Positions 37,838-48,073 of a stretch of DNA of 64,000 nucleotides are shown here, one piece after another; position 1 is the stretch's first letter, and each line of letters opens with the position of its first letter. Where the stretch lies: contig DAHVLZ010000009.1 of NCBI GenBank assembly GCA_027320085.1, forward strand, positions 32,001-96,000. Reading direction: 5' to 3'. This DNA comes from Pseudomonadota bacterium. Its GTDB lineage: Bacteria; Pseudomonadota; Gammaproteobacteria; JAKAQQ01. The position numbers and the translations under genes are program-made. The notes under the pieces were generated by a model. That model did no database searches, was not told the origin of the DNA, and saw only the letters and a program-made list of their open reading frames with translations.

Positions 37838-38406
37838 GGATGCGGGGCCGGCGACGGACTGTGGGTGGAGGCTCTCTGACGGAGGCGGGGGGCTGAAAGG
37901 CGCAGGAGGATCAGGCGGGCCGCCTTCGATTCGAGTGATCGGGTGAGATTATAGGCTTGGGAGGTCATGGCGAGCGTGGCCAGAGGAAGGTAGAAATAGG
38001 TCCGCCGGATACGCAGGGTGGTCGGGCGCAGGATGATCCGGTGTCCCTTGAGCAGGGTGAAGCGGACGTGGTAACTCATGAGGTACTCGGCCGGTTCGCC
38101 CTGGCCGTTGACCGCGAGGATGCGTGAACGGATGAAGGCCTTCTGGATGGTGAGTGTCGAGGCGTGAGGCTTGCGGACTGACACCACGGCAAATCCTGCA
38201 CGCTCGAACCGTTCCCGGAGGACGAGCGCCAGGTATCCGTTGGGATCCGGTGCCACGAGCGCCAGGGGCGCCAGGCTCCGGGGCAGATGATAGGCGGTCC
38301 CCAGAGCAAAGCCGCAGCCTGAAAGCCCGAGCGCGAAGACGATCACCATACCCCGCTGGAAGCAGCGCCGCCACTCATCTCTCCCCGGACGTGGCCGTCC
38401 GTTCAC
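37834..38406 (-). CDS. lptE: LPS assembly lipoprotein LptE
   Basis: Lipobox LSGCGF; between leuS and holA with GTGA overlaps. Confidence 0.82.
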   Translation of the reverse strand: MNGRPRPGRDEWRRCFQRGMVIVFALGLSGCGFALGTAYHLPRSLAPLALVAPDPNGYLALVLRERFERAGFAVVSVRKPHASTLTIQKAFIRSRILAVNGQGEPAEYLMSYHVRFTLLKGHRIILRPTTLRIRRTYFYLPLATLAMTSQAYNLTRSLESKAARLILLRLSAPRLRQRASTHSPSPAPHP

Positions 38407-40877
38407 GGTGGGACCGGCTCCTTGCGCAAAACCACGTTGACGAGCCTCCCGGGAACCATGACCCAGCGTTCCACGGCTTCCTGTGGAATGTGGCGGGCAA
38501 GCCCGGCATCCGCCAAGATGCGCGAACGGATCTCGGACTCGGATTCGTCGCGGCTCACCGACAGGCTCCCCCGCCTCTTCCCGTTCACCTGCACCACGAT
38601 CTCCCATCGCTCACGCTCAAGCGCACGGGGATCCGCTTCCGGCCAGGGGTGCAGCGCGAGGAGACCCACGCCATCCATCCGGCTCCAAAGCGCCTCCGTG
38701 ATGTGGGGTGCCACAGGATGCAAGAGCACAAGAAGCGTCCGGACGACCTGATCGAGGAGCACACGGTCCATGGGGGCACCCGGTTCGAAGCGGTTTGCGG
38801 AGTGGGTGAGCTCCATGAGCTTGGCCAGGGCCGTATTGAAGGTCTCCCGGACTCCGTAATCGTGGCTGACACCGGCAATCGTTTCATGGAGCCTCACCCA
38901 CAAGTGGCGTCCCTCGGCCGAGAGGGCCGCCGGATCCACTGTCCCGTGGGATCGTCTCGCGGCTGAATCGTCCACCAGGCGCCAGAGGCGTTTCAGATAA
39001 CGCTCGGCACCCTCCACACCTTGTTCCGACCACTCGAGTGATTGATCCGGGGGAGCGGCAAACATCATGAAGAAGCGGGCCGTATCCGCACCATACCGGG
39101 CGATGATCACCTCGGGATCCACCACGTTGCCTTTCGATTTCGACATTTTGGCCCCGTCCTTGAGAACCATCCCCTGGCTGAGCAGGCGGGTGAAGGGCTC
39201 GTCGCCCTGGACCCAGCCCAGATCCCGCAGTAGCTTGTGGAAGAAGCGGGCATAGAGCAGATGAAGAACCGCGTGCTCGATGCCGCCCACATACTGATCA
39301 ACCGGCAACCAGTGATGAACCCGTTCATCCAGGATGGCATCCTTGCAGTTGTAGGCGGCATAACGGGCGTAGTACCAGGAGGATTCCATGAAGGTGTCGA
39401 AGGTATCGGTCTCCCGCCGTGCCGGACGATGACAGTTCGGGCAGGGCGTGACAAAAAACCGCTCGTCCTCAATGAGCGGTGAGCTCACGCCGGAAAACGC
39501 CACGTCTTCGGGCAGTCGCACGGGCAGGTCTTTTGCCGGAACCGGCACCGTTCCGCAATCCGGACAGTGCACGATGGGAATCGGGCACCCCCAGTAGCGC
39601 TGGCGCGAGACACCCCAGTCCCTGAGGCGATAGCGCACACTGGCCCGGGCGAGGCCCTGACCGCCCAACCATTCCCCAACCCGCAACCGGGCCTCTGCGC
39701 TATCCAGTCCGTCGAGTCCCGGGGAGTCAAAAACCACGCCTTCCGCCGTCAGGGCCTGCTCTTGAAGATCCCCCTCCCCATCTCCGGGCAGACGGATGAC
39801 GGAGCGGATCGGCAAATCGTATCGGCGGGCAAAATCATGGTCACGTGCATCGTGCGCAGGAACGGCCATGATGGCACCGGTGCCATACCCTTCCAGAACG
39901 AAACTCGCGGCCCAGACCGGAAGGGCTTCGCCGGTCATGGGATGCCTGACCCGGAGTGCCAACGGCACCCCTTGCCGGTCGGCGGTCTCGATGGCTGCCT
40001 CCCGCATTTCCCGCTGGCGCATGTTTCTCACGAAATCGGCCAGGGCGGAATCTTTTTGAGCCGCCTCCAGAACGACAGGATGTTCCGGCGCCAAGGCCAG
40101 ATACGTCACCCCGAAAATCGTGTCCGCCCGCGTCGTAAAGACACGGATCGCGCCCTTTCCATCCATCCTCTCGAAATCGATTTCGAGTCCACTCGAGCGG
40201 CCGATCCAGTTGCGCTGCATCCTGCGCACTTCCTCCGGCCAGCCGGTCAGTGTCTCGAGTCCCCCGAGCAGTTCCTCGGCGTACGCCGTGATCCGGATAA
40301 ACCACTGCGCCACTTCGCGTCGAACCACCGGGGCCCCGGAACGCCAGCCGCGACCATCGATGACCTGCTCATTGGCCAAAACCGTCTGGTCCACGGGATC
40401 CCAGTTGACCCAGGCTTTCTCGCGGTAGGCCAGTCCCCGTCGATACAACTCGGTAAAGAGCCACTGTTCCCACCGGTAGTACTCGGGCCGGCAGGTCACG
40501 ATTTCACGACGCCAGTCGTAGCCGAAACCCAGACGGTTGAGCTGGTCTTTCATGGTGGCCACGTTGCTTTCGGTCCAGCGAGCCGGCGAGGTTCGGTTCT
40601 GGATGGCCGCGTTCTCCGCCGGAAGCCCGAAGGCATCGAAGCCCATCGGTTGCAGGACGGCAAAACCGTTCATGCGGCGATAGCGGGCCACGACGTCCCC
40701 GATCGTATAGTTGCGGACATGCCCCATGTGCAACCGACCGCTGGGATAGGGGAACATGGAAAGGACGTAGTAGGGAGGACGAGGATCGCTCTCCTCGACC
40801 TCGAAAACGCGTTCTTTTTGCCAGCGCGACTGCGCCCAGGCCTCGATGGTCTCGGGATCGTATCGGTTGTCGGTCAT
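38403..40877 (-). CDS. leuS: Leucine--tRNA ligase
   Basis: MFPYPSG.LHMGH (HIGH), KMSKS, GGIEHA. Confidence 0.97.
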   Translation of the reverse strand: MTDNRYDPETIEAWAQSRWQKERVFEVEESDPRPPYYVLSMFPYPSGRLHMGHVRNYTIGDVVARYRRMNGFAVLQPMGFDAFGLPAENAAIQNRTSPARWTESNVATMKDQLNRLGFGYDWRREIVTCRPEYYRWEQWLFTELYRRGLAYREKAWVNWDPVDQTVLANEQVIDGRGWRSGAPVVRREVAQWFIRITAYAEELLGGLETLTGWPEEVRRMQRNWIGRSSGLEIDFERMDGKGAIRVFTTRADTIFGVTYLALAPEHPVVLEAAQKDSALADFVRNMRQREMREAAIETADRQGVPLALRVRHPMTGEALPVWAASFVLEGYGTGAIMAVPAHDARDHDFARRYDLPIRSVIRLPGDGEGDLQEQALTAEGVVFDSPGLDGLDSAEARLRVGEWLGGQGLARASVRYRLRDWGVSRQRYWGCPIPIVHCPDCGTVPVPAKDLPVRLPEDVAFSGVSSPLIEDERFFVTPCPNCHRPARRETDTFDTFMESSWYYARYAAYNCKDAILDERVHHWLPVDQYVGGIEHAVLHLLYARFFHKLLRDLGWVQGDEPFTRLLSQGMVLKDGAKMSKSKGNVVDPEVIIARYGADTARFFMMFAAPPDQSLEWSEQGVEGAERYLKRLWRLVDDSAARRSHGTVDPAALSAEGRHLWVRLHETIAGVSHDYGVRETFNTALAKLMELTHSANRFEPGAPMDRVLLDQVVRTLLVLLHPVAPHITEALWSRMDGVGLLALHPWPEADPRALERERWEIVVQVNGKRRGSLSVSRDESESEIRSRILADAGLARHIPQEAVERWVMVPGRLVNVVLRKEPVPP

Positions 40878-40942
40878 AAGCCCTTCAATACCGGATCCGC
40901 AACCCGGGGCAGGCTGGGCGTGATCCGGCCAAGATGGAAGGA

Positions 40943-42502
40943 TCATAAAACATCCCCGGCACCCACGCCATGTGCGGGCATGCCCCGGACACGCAGGGCT
41001 TCCCAAAACCCGCCCCCGAACAACAAGAGGAGGGCCAGAACCACGATCGGCCGGTCTCCCCACCGGTCATAGGGCGTAAGCCCGGCTTCCGGCTGGAGGT
41101 GGCCGGTCAGGACCAGGGGCAGGAAAGGGGGCAGACGGCCGATCACCTGACCTCTTTCGTCAATCAGTCCGGAAATGGCCGTATTGTCGGCCCGCGCGAG
41201 CGGTCGGCCGGTTTCGAGCGCCCGCATCCGGGCCATCTGGAACTGCTGATCCGGCCCGATGGTCCGCCCGAACCAGGCATCGTCACTCACGTTGATGAGC
41301 CAGTTGGCGTAAGGGAGGGAACGGCGGATATCACGCCCAAACGCATCTTCATAACAGATCGAAATCCCGGCCCATCGTCCATCGACCCGGAACGGTCTTT
41401 GCACGGCGGCACCCATCGTGAAACTCGAATGGGGCAACTTCCAGTCCCGAAGCCAGTTCCGGACGAACCCCGGGACCGGAAAATATTCACCGTACGGGAC
41501 CAGGTGATGTTTGTCGTAAAAGCGCACCGGGCCGGATCCGATCCGGACGGCCGAGTTGTAGCGGCCACCATTCCGGAAATCATAGTGAAAGACCCCCGCA
41601 ATGAGCGTGGCCCCCTTTTCCCGGATCCTACGCCGGAGTCTTTGGAGCGGTCCTTCCGCCTCTTCGTACCAGGTGGAAACCGCTGATTCGGGCCAGACCA
41701 CCACCCGTCCCGGCCGCCAGAGTGTGGAACTCAGGGTCTCGTAGCGGGCCAGCCCAACCCGCCAGGCGCCCGGTGTGAACTTCATCCGCTGCGGGATGTC
41801 TCCCTGGACCACGCTCACGGCAACCGGGGGGCCGGCCGGCCGGGTCCAGGAGATCGCCGAGAGGGCAGGCGCGAGAAGCCAGACCGCGCTCAGCATGGCC
41901 AGTGCGGTCCAGCGACGGCGGGGATCGGGCAGGCGGAGGGAGGCCACAACCAGTCCAGCGGTCAGCGATAGAACGAAACTCACGCCGAGCGTCCCCAGGA
42001 CCGGAGCATATCCCTGGGCCAGAACCCCTCCGACCGCACTGTAACCGAGATCGAGCCAGGGAAATCCGGTCAAGATCCAGCCCCGAACCCACTCGGCCAG
42101 AATCCAGAGTGCGGGCAGCACGAGCGCATAGCGCGGGAAGCCGGGATGGGGAGCGAGACGGGCGGCGGTCCAACCGGCTCCCGCGATGAAAGCAGCGCAC
42201 GCGAGGGTCAGGGAAAAAACCAAACCCCAGGCGAGGAACAAGGGTTCATGGCCAACCACAAAGATACTGTGGACGATCCAGTAGATGCCAAAGCCGAAAA
42301 GACCGACTCCGAAAAAGAGACCGTAAAGGGCCGCCCGCGCCGGCCGGCTATCGTCCCAGAGCCAAAACAGGAGGGCGGGAGCCAGAAAGCCGAGTGCCCA
42401 TTGATCAAACGGAGCAAAGGCAAAAACGAGGCACACCCCGCCAGCCAGGGCGAACGCGCAACGGACGAGTGGGTGCATCCACCCCCGTGACCCCCAGTTC
42501 AT
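40943..42502 (-). CDS. lnt: Apolipoprotein N-acyltransferase
   Basis: TGFPW, WPES, KHHLVPYGEY, ICYE triad. Confidence 0.94.
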   Translation of the reverse strand: MNWGSRGWMHPLVRCAFALAGGVCLVFAFAPFDQWALGFLAPALLFWLWDDSRPARAALYGLFFGVGLFGFGIYWIVHSIFVVGHEPLFLAWGLVFSLTLACAAFIAGAGWTAARLAPHPGFPRYALVLPALWILAEWVRGWILTGFPWLDLGYSAVGGVLAQGYAPVLGTLGVSFVLSLTAGLVVASLRLPDPRRRWTALAMLSAVWLLAPALSAISWTRPAGPPVAVSVVQGDIPQRMKFTPGAWRVGLARYETLSSTLWRPGRVVVWPESAVSTWYEEAEGPLQRLRRRIREKGATLIAGVFHYDFRNGGRYNSAVRIGSGPVRFYDKHHLVPYGEYFPVPGFVRNWLRDWKLPHSSFTMGAAVQRPFRVDGRWAGISICYEDAFGRDIRRSLPYANWLINVSDDAWFGRTIGPDQQFQMARMRALETGRPLARADNTAISGLIDERGQVIGRLPPFLPLVLTGHLQPEAGLTPYDRWGDRPIVVLALLLLFGGGFWEALRVRGMPAHGVGAGDVL

Positions 42503-43374
42503 GCCGTGGGCGAGTCCGGAGGGGCCGGTGGCGGTGGAGGTTTCTGACGCCGCACCTCAAGTAGCTGGATCCGCCGTCGGTCGGCGCGAAGCACCCTGAA
42601 ACGAAGCGCACCGATCTCCCAGGTTTCACCCCGGCTGGGGACCCGGCCCCACTGGTCGACCAAAAATCCCCCGATCGTATCGAACTCGTCTTCCGGCAAG
42701 GCCATCTTGAAATGCTGGTTGAACTCCGGCAGGCTCGTCAGTCCACGCACGGTATAGCGCTGACGGCTGTGCTCCAGGATATTGCCTTCCGTCTCGAGGT
42801 CGTACTCGTCGCCGATCTCGCCCACGATCTCTTCGAGCACATCCTCAAGCGTCACGAGTCCCGCGACCCCACCGAACTCGTCGATGGCCACCGCCATGTG
42901 GTTGCGCGTACTGCGGAATTCCCGGAGCAGTAAATTCAGGGCCTTGGTTTCAGGCACAAACAGCATGGGCCTAAGGTAGTCCCGCAGGCCGAAATGGCGG
43001 GCCCGCTGTTCGTAGTGAGCCAGGAGATCCTTGGCGAGCAGAAGTCCTACGACCTGGTCCCGGCTCTCCCCAATCACCGGAAATCGCGAGTGTCCCGACG
43101 CGACCACAGTCGAGAGCACCTGAGCCAGAGACTCCTCTTCCTGGATCACGATCATCTGTCCGTGGGGGATCATGACATCACTGACCCGCTGCTCTCCGAC
43201 CTTGAGCACGCCCTTGAACATGTCACGGGCATCCGGATCCAGAACCCCGTTGGCAAAAGCTTCTTCCACCACCGCCAGAAAGGCCTGGCGGTCGCGTACC
43301 TCACGTCCCAGGATCTGCCCCAGTCGTCCGATCCAGCCGGGGGATGCGGAGGATGGAGGTTCTTCCACGGACAT
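42499..43374 (-). CDS. corC: CBS/CorC_HlyC magnesium-cobalt efflux protein
   Basis: SGHSRFPV, DEFGGVAGLVTLEDVLEEIVGEI.DEYD. Confidence 0.9.
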   Translation of the reverse strand: MSVEEPPSSASPGWIGRLGQILGREVRDRQAFLAVVEEAFANGVLDPDARDMFKGVLKVGEQRVSDVMIPHGQMIVIQEEESLAQVLSTVVASGHSRFPVIGESRDQVVGLLLAKDLLAHYEQRARHFGLRDYLRPMLFVPETKALNLLLREFRSTRNHMAVAIDEFGGVAGLVTLEDVLEEIVGEIGDEYDLETEGNILEHSRQRYTVRGLTSLPEFNQHFKMALPEDEFDTIGGFLVDQWGRVPSRGETWEIGALRFRVLRADRRRIQLLEVRRQKPPPPPAPPDSPTA

Positions 43375-43847
43375 TAGCGGGATCTCCGGGAGGTTCTGGC
43401 CGGTGGATTTGCGTAGGGATCGGGGATCCGAAACTGGCCAAGCAGGCGGATCTCGAGGGCTTCCATGCGGGATCGCTCGACCGGATGCTCGTGGTCGTAG
43501 CCCAGAAGATGGAGAAAACCATGCACGGTGAGGTGGGCGAAGTGATCCCGCAGAGGGCGCCCTGCACTTTTGGCCTCGGCCGCGATGACCGGCGCACAGA
43601 GGACGATATCACCCCAGAACCGTTCCCGCTCACCCGGGAGACAGGCCGGAAACGACAGGACGTTGGTCGGCCCGCTCCGGCGCCGGTAACGCTCATTCAG
43701 CGTAGCCCCTTCCCGAGCGTCGCTCACCCGGATGCTCACCGCACCCTCCACGTCAAGCGCCTCGGCCGTCCGGTCGATCCACCGACCGAACGCGAGCGGT
43801 TGTGGCAAGCCGCGCCGGACCAGTCCATAGCTCACCGCAACCTGCAT
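43374..43847 (-). CDS. ybeY: Endoribonuclease YbeY
   Basis: TNVLSF, HGFLHLLGYDH. Confidence 0.95.
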   Translation of the reverse strand: MQVAVSYGLVRRGLPQPLAFGRWIDRTAEALDVEGAVSIRVSDAREGATLNERYRRRSGPTNVLSFPACLPGERERFWGDIVLCAPVIAAEAKSAGRPLRDHFAHLTVHGFLHLLGYDHEHPVERSRMEALEIRLLGQFRIPDPYANPPARTSRRSR

Positions 43848-44845
43848 CAGGAGCCTCCCTGCCCCGCGCCCTCATAGGCCTGGATGATGCGCTTGACCAG
43901 CGGGTGACGGCGGACATCCCGGTGGTCAAACCGGACCACGCCGACTTCAGGCAGGTTCTCGAGGATCCCCAGCGCATGGGGCAGACCCGAGCGTTCCGGG
44001 CGGGGCAGGTCGATCTGCGTGAGATCACCGGTCACCACCGCCTTCGAACCAAAACCGATGCGGGTCAGAAACATTTTCATCTGCTCGACAGTCGTGTTTT
44101 GGGCCTCGTCGAGCAGGATGTAGGACCGGTTGAGCGTCCGGCCCCGCATGTAGGCGAGGGGGGCAATTTCGATCACGGCGCGCTCAAGATGGCGCATAAC
44201 CTTTTCGTATCCCAAAAACTCGTGGAGCGCATCGTAGATGGGTTTGAGGTAAGGGTCGATCTTCTGGCTCAGGTCTCCTGGGAGGAAGCCCAGTCGTTCT
44301 CCCGCCTCGACGGCGGGACGTACCAGAACCAGCCTTTCGCAGACCCCCTGTTCGAGCAGCGCAGCCCCCTCCGCGACCGCGAGATAGGTCTTGCCGGTAC
44401 CAGCGGGACCAACCCCGAAGGTGAGGTCCAGAAGCCGGATCAACCGAAGATATTCCGTCTGATGCTCTCCATGGGGGTCGACGTGGACGCGACCGGTGTT
44501 GGTTGGTGCGCGGCGGCTGCTCGCGTCCACGCGACGGTCGGTTTCGACGACGGACTCGAGCATTTCTTCGATACGTTGCACCTCGAACGGTTCATCCATC
44601 TCGCGGGCATACAATCCGCGCAACAGCCGTCCCGCCGTCTCAACGGCCCGGGCTTCGCCCAGGAGTCGGAAACGATTCCCGCGGTTTTTGATCTCGATCC
44701 CGAGATGAGCCTCGATCTGGCGCAGGTGGTCATCCATGGGTCCGCACAGCCGGGCCAGACGGTCATTATCCGGAGGTTCGAGAATCACCTCGGCGCCGCG
44801 CATCGGGCCCGTGGGCTTAAAGCGATGGTCGCTGTGTCCGGTCAT
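43847..44845 (-). CDS. ybeZ: PhoH-family ATPase
   Basis: GPAGTGKT, RPAVEAGE.LGFLPG, MRGRT, DEAQN. Confidence 0.93.
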   Translation of the reverse strand: MTGHSDHRFKPTGPMRGAEVILEPPDNDRLARLCGPMDDHLRQIEAHLGIEIKNRGNRFRLLGEARAVETAGRLLRGLYAREMDEPFEVQRIEEMLESVVETDRRVDASSRRAPTNTGRVHVDPHGEHQTEYLRLIRLLDLTFGVGPAGTGKTYLAVAEGAALLEQGVCERLVLVRPAVEAGERLGFLPGDLSQKIDPYLKPIYDALHEFLGYEKVMRHLERAVIEIAPLAYMRGRTLNRSYILLDEAQNTTVEQMKMFLTRIGFGSKAVVTGDLTQIDLPRPERSGLPHALGILENLPEVGVVRFDHRDVRRHPLVKRIIQAYEGAGQGGS

Positions 44846-46211
44846 GACTCATGGAACGTACGCTCTCAATTCCAGCCCGCCGTCCCCTCAGGCAGTTGGT
44901 CAATCCCTGGGTCACCTCGACTTCGACCATCGCCCCCAGAAGATCGGGAGGGCCCGAGAAATGGACCCAATGGTTGGTCCCTTCCCGTCCGGACAAGGCG
45001 GAAGGATCCGGCTCCCCGGTCCGTTCCACGAGCACGGAAACCCGCTGCCCCACGCGCGTCCGGCTCAAGTCCAAGGCCTGTCGGTCGAGCAGCGCCTTGA
45101 GGCGGTTGAAGCGTTCATGCCGGATGGAATCCGGCACCGGGTCCGGCAACGAAGCGGCCGGAGTCCCAGGCCTTGGACTATAGAGAAAGAGGAAGGACTG
45201 ATCGAACCCCACATCCCGAACCAGATCAAACGTGTTTTCAAAGTCCCGATCGGTTTCGCCGGGAAAGCCCACAATGAGATCCGTGGTCAAGGCGAGATCG
45301 GCCCGGGCCGCGCGCAGACGTCTGACCTTGGATCGGTACTCGAGCGTCGTATACCCCCGTTTCATGGCCGCGAGAATCCGGTCGGATCCGCTCTGGATCG
45401 GCAGATGCAGGTGGGGGGCCAGTTTCGACTCCTCCCGGAAGGCCCGGATGAGGCGGTCACCCAGCTCGATCGGGTGGGATGTCGTAAATCGGATCCTTTG
45501 GATGGAATCGATGGCCGCGGTATAGTGGATGAGATCGGCGAGATCACGCCGGACTCCCCTCCAGTCCGCCTGATAGGCGTTCACGTTTTGCCCGAGAAAG
45601 GTGATCTCCCGCACACCGGATTCTGCGAGCGTCCAGACCTCCGCCAGAATGTCGGCGAAGGGCCGGTTCGCCTCCTCCCCCCGGGTATAGGGAACGATGC
45701 AAAAACTGCAGTACTTGCTGCAGCCCTCCATGATCGACACGAAGGCGCACGGACCCGACCGACGCGGGGCGGGAAGGGCATCGAATTTCTCAATGGCGGG
45801 AAAGCGAACGTCCACCTGCGGCCTTCCCGAAGCCTCCCGTTCGCCCAGGAGGGCAGGCAGGCGCTGCAGGGTCTGGGGTCCGAACACCACATCGACAAAA
45901 GGAGCCCGTGCGAGGAGCGTTGGGCCTTCCTGGCTCGCGACACAGCCACCCACCGCAATTCGGAGACCGGGGTTATCCGCCTTGAGCAGTCGCCACCGGC
46001 CCAGGCGGGAGAGCGCCTTGTCGAAGGCCTTTTCCCGGACGGAACAGGTATTGAGGACGAGCAGATCGGCCCCCTCCGGCCGGTCGGCCGGGAGGTAACC
46101 TTCTGTTTCTCTAAGAATTTCGAGCATCTGGCCCGAATCGTAGACGTTCATCTGGCATCCTTGCGTCTCGATGTACACCCGTTTCGGTTGCCGGCTCCGC
46201 GTTGCGGTCAT
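44817..46211 (-). CDS. miaB: tRNA i6A37 methylthiotransferase
   Basis: GCQMNVYDS, NTCSVRE, CSKYCSFC radical SAM motif, TRAM domain. Confidence 0.96.
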   Translation of the reverse strand: MTATRSRQPKRVYIETQGCQMNVYDSGQMLEILRETEGYLPADRPEGADLLVLNTCSVREKAFDKALSRLGRWRLLKADNPGLRIAVGGCVASQEGPTLLARAPFVDVVFGPQTLQRLPALLGEREASGRPQVDVRFPAIEKFDALPAPRRSGPCAFVSIMEGCSKYCSFCIVPYTRGEEANRPFADILAEVWTLAESGVREITFLGQNVNAYQADWRGVRRDLADLIHYTAAIDSIQRIRFTTSHPIELGDRLIRAFREESKLAPHLHLPIQSGSDRILAAMKRGYTTLEYRSKVRRLRAARADLALTTDLIVGFPGETDRDFENTFDLVRDVGFDQSFLFLYSPRPGTPAASLPDPVPDSIRHERFNRLKALLDRQALDLSRTRVGQRVSVLVERTGEPDPSALSGREGTNHWVHFSGPPDLLGAMVEVEVTQGLTNCLRGRRAGIESVRSMSHDRTQRPSL

Positions 46212-46242
46212 GGCCCATTCTAGCAAAGGGGGCGTGGCGGGG

Positions 46243-47964
46243 TCAGGATCCGGATGCGACCTCGCCCCCGATGTAGCCCAAATGCTCGAGCTTGAGCATG
46301 ATTTGCTGGCAGGCCTCCTCCGGGGTGAGTTCCGTGGTATCAATCGCGAGGTCCGGATGGAGGGGAGCCTCGTAGGGATCGCTCACTCCTGTAAAGTCGG
46401 GAATCAGTCCAGCCCGGGCCCGGGCGTAGAGTCCCTTGCGGTCACGCCCCTCGCAGATGGCCAGCGGGGTCGAGATGTAGACCTCGACAAAACCGCCCCC
46501 CCGGGATTCCACCATTTCACGGACCTCCTCGCGGGTCCGTGCATAGGGGGCAATGGGCGCACAGATGGCACAGCCTCCGCTCTTGCTGATTTCGGAGGCC
46601 ACGAAACCCAGGCGGCGGATGTGGAGGTCGCGGTGCTCACGGGAAAAGCCGAGCTCGCTGGAGAGCGTCCGCCGGACGAGATCGCCGTCGAGCAGGGTCA
46701 CGGGCCGTCCGCCCTGCTCCAGGAGTTTCTCGGCCAAGGCATGGGCCACCGTCGATTTCCCGGCCCCGGAAAGGCCGGTCAGAAACACGGTGAGCCCGCG
46801 CCGGGCAAGCGGGGGTTGGCTTTTCCGGAGTTCCGCGATGACTTCGGGGAAGGAAAACCACTCCGGAATCTCGAGCCCGAGCGCGAGCCGGCGTCGAAGC
46901 TCGGTGCCGGACAGGGTGAGCGACTCCTCGCCGGGGGCCAGTTCATCCGCCGGCAGATACTCCCCCCGACGGGGCGCATAGACCATCTCATCAAAGGCGA
47001 CGACCCCGATCCCGATCTCCCCGGCATGGGCCAAGGCCGCCTCACGTGCCGCATAAGGCGGATAAAACGGCCTCCCCTCGCTGTCTCGACCCGGCCCGGC
47101 GTGATCCCGACCCACGATGAGGTCGGTGGCCCCGCAGTTCTTCCGGATAATCATGTGGAGGAGAACCTCGCGCGGACCTCCCATGCGCATGGCCAGAGGC
47201 AGAAGCGCAAGCAGGGTCGTGGAAGACGGATAGTGGGCAAAAACCCTCTGGTAACAGCGGACACGGGTATGGGCATCGACATCACCCGGCCGTGTCATGC
47301 CCACGGACGGATGAATCAATAGATTGGCCTCCCGCTCGCGCGCAGCGCGGAAGGTGAGTTCGAAATGGGCCCGATGGAGGGGATTTCTCGTCTGGAAGGC
47401 AATGATCCGCCGCCAGCCCAGGGCCTTGAAACGCGCACGGAGTTCGTTCGGACCGAGTCTCAGGTGCCGGAAGTCGTAATGGGGAGGTGGGGTGAGCCCC
47501 GTGAGCCGGCCCGTGAGATAGACCGGATGGGTCGCCTCGAGGAGATACCGGACAGCCGGATGGGCGGGATCCACGGTCCCGAAAACCAGCCGTGCTTCCT
47601 CCCGCCGGTCCGGCCGGTACTTTTCCGTCACCTCGAGGGCAGCGAGCGGGATACCTTCCGGGTCACAAAGCTCAAGGAGCCCTCCGGAATCCAGCCGTTC
47701 GGCCAGATCCTCCGGCACATCCAGCGTGACCGGCAACGGCCAGAGCGTCCCATCGGCGAGCCGGCCTTCCGTCACCACCCGGGCATAGTCGTCCTCGCCG
47801 AGGAAAGTCTCAAGGGGGTGGAAAGAGCCATTCAAAAGAAGTTCGAGATCGCAGAGCTGCCGTCGCGAGAGCACCCATCGGAGAGCCGCACTCTCCCGCA
47901 TCCTTTCCATGAGCCGGGCTTTCCCTTCGGGGGAAGCGTAGTGTTCGGGGATCGGATCCAGCAT
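46243..47964 (-). CDS. Bifunctional sulfate adenylyltransferase / APS kinase (Sat-CysC)
   Basis: FQTRNPLHRAH and GRDHAG (Sat) fused to TGLSGAGKST, LLDGD, RDRKGLY, FTGVSDPYE (APS kinase). Confidence 0.93.
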   Translation of the reverse strand: MLDPIPEHYASPEGKARLMERMRESAALRWVLSRRQLCDLELLLNGSFHPLETFLGEDDYARVVTEGRLADGTLWPLPVTLDVPEDLAERLDSGGLLELCDPEGIPLAALEVTEKYRPDRREEARLVFGTVDPAHPAVRYLLEATHPVYLTGRLTGLTPPPHYDFRHLRLGPNELRARFKALGWRRIIAFQTRNPLHRAHFELTFRAAREREANLLIHPSVGMTRPGDVDAHTRVRCYQRVFAHYPSSTTLLALLPLAMRMGGPREVLLHMIIRKNCGATDLIVGRDHAGPGRDSEGRPFYPPYAAREAALAHAGEIGIGVVAFDEMVYAPRRGEYLPADELAPGEESLTLSGTELRRRLALGLEIPEWFSFPEVIAELRKSQPPLARRGLTVFLTGLSGAGKSTVAHALAEKLLEQGGRPVTLLDGDLVRRTLSSELGFSREHRDLHIRRLGFVASEISKSGGCAICAPIAPYARTREEVREMVESRGGGFVEVYISTPLAICEGRDRKGLYARARAGLIPDFTGVSDPYEAPLHPDLAIDTTELTPEEACQQIMLKLEHLGYIGGEVASGS

Positions 47965-48018
47965 GGGCGAGAGGCTCTGGGCAGGAGGCCACATTATAAG
48001 CAGGTCCACCCGGGGGAT

Positions 48019-48034
48019 TGGCATTAAACCTGCA
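48019..48034 (+). promoter_or_regulatory. Sigma54 -24/-12 promoter of pilin 1
   Basis: TGGCATTAAACCTGCA, GG(48020) and GC(48032) 12 bp apart. Confidence 0.7.
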
Positions 48035-48073
48035 GGACATGGATTGAAGGCGGCTCGGAACTGGTGGCTTTCC

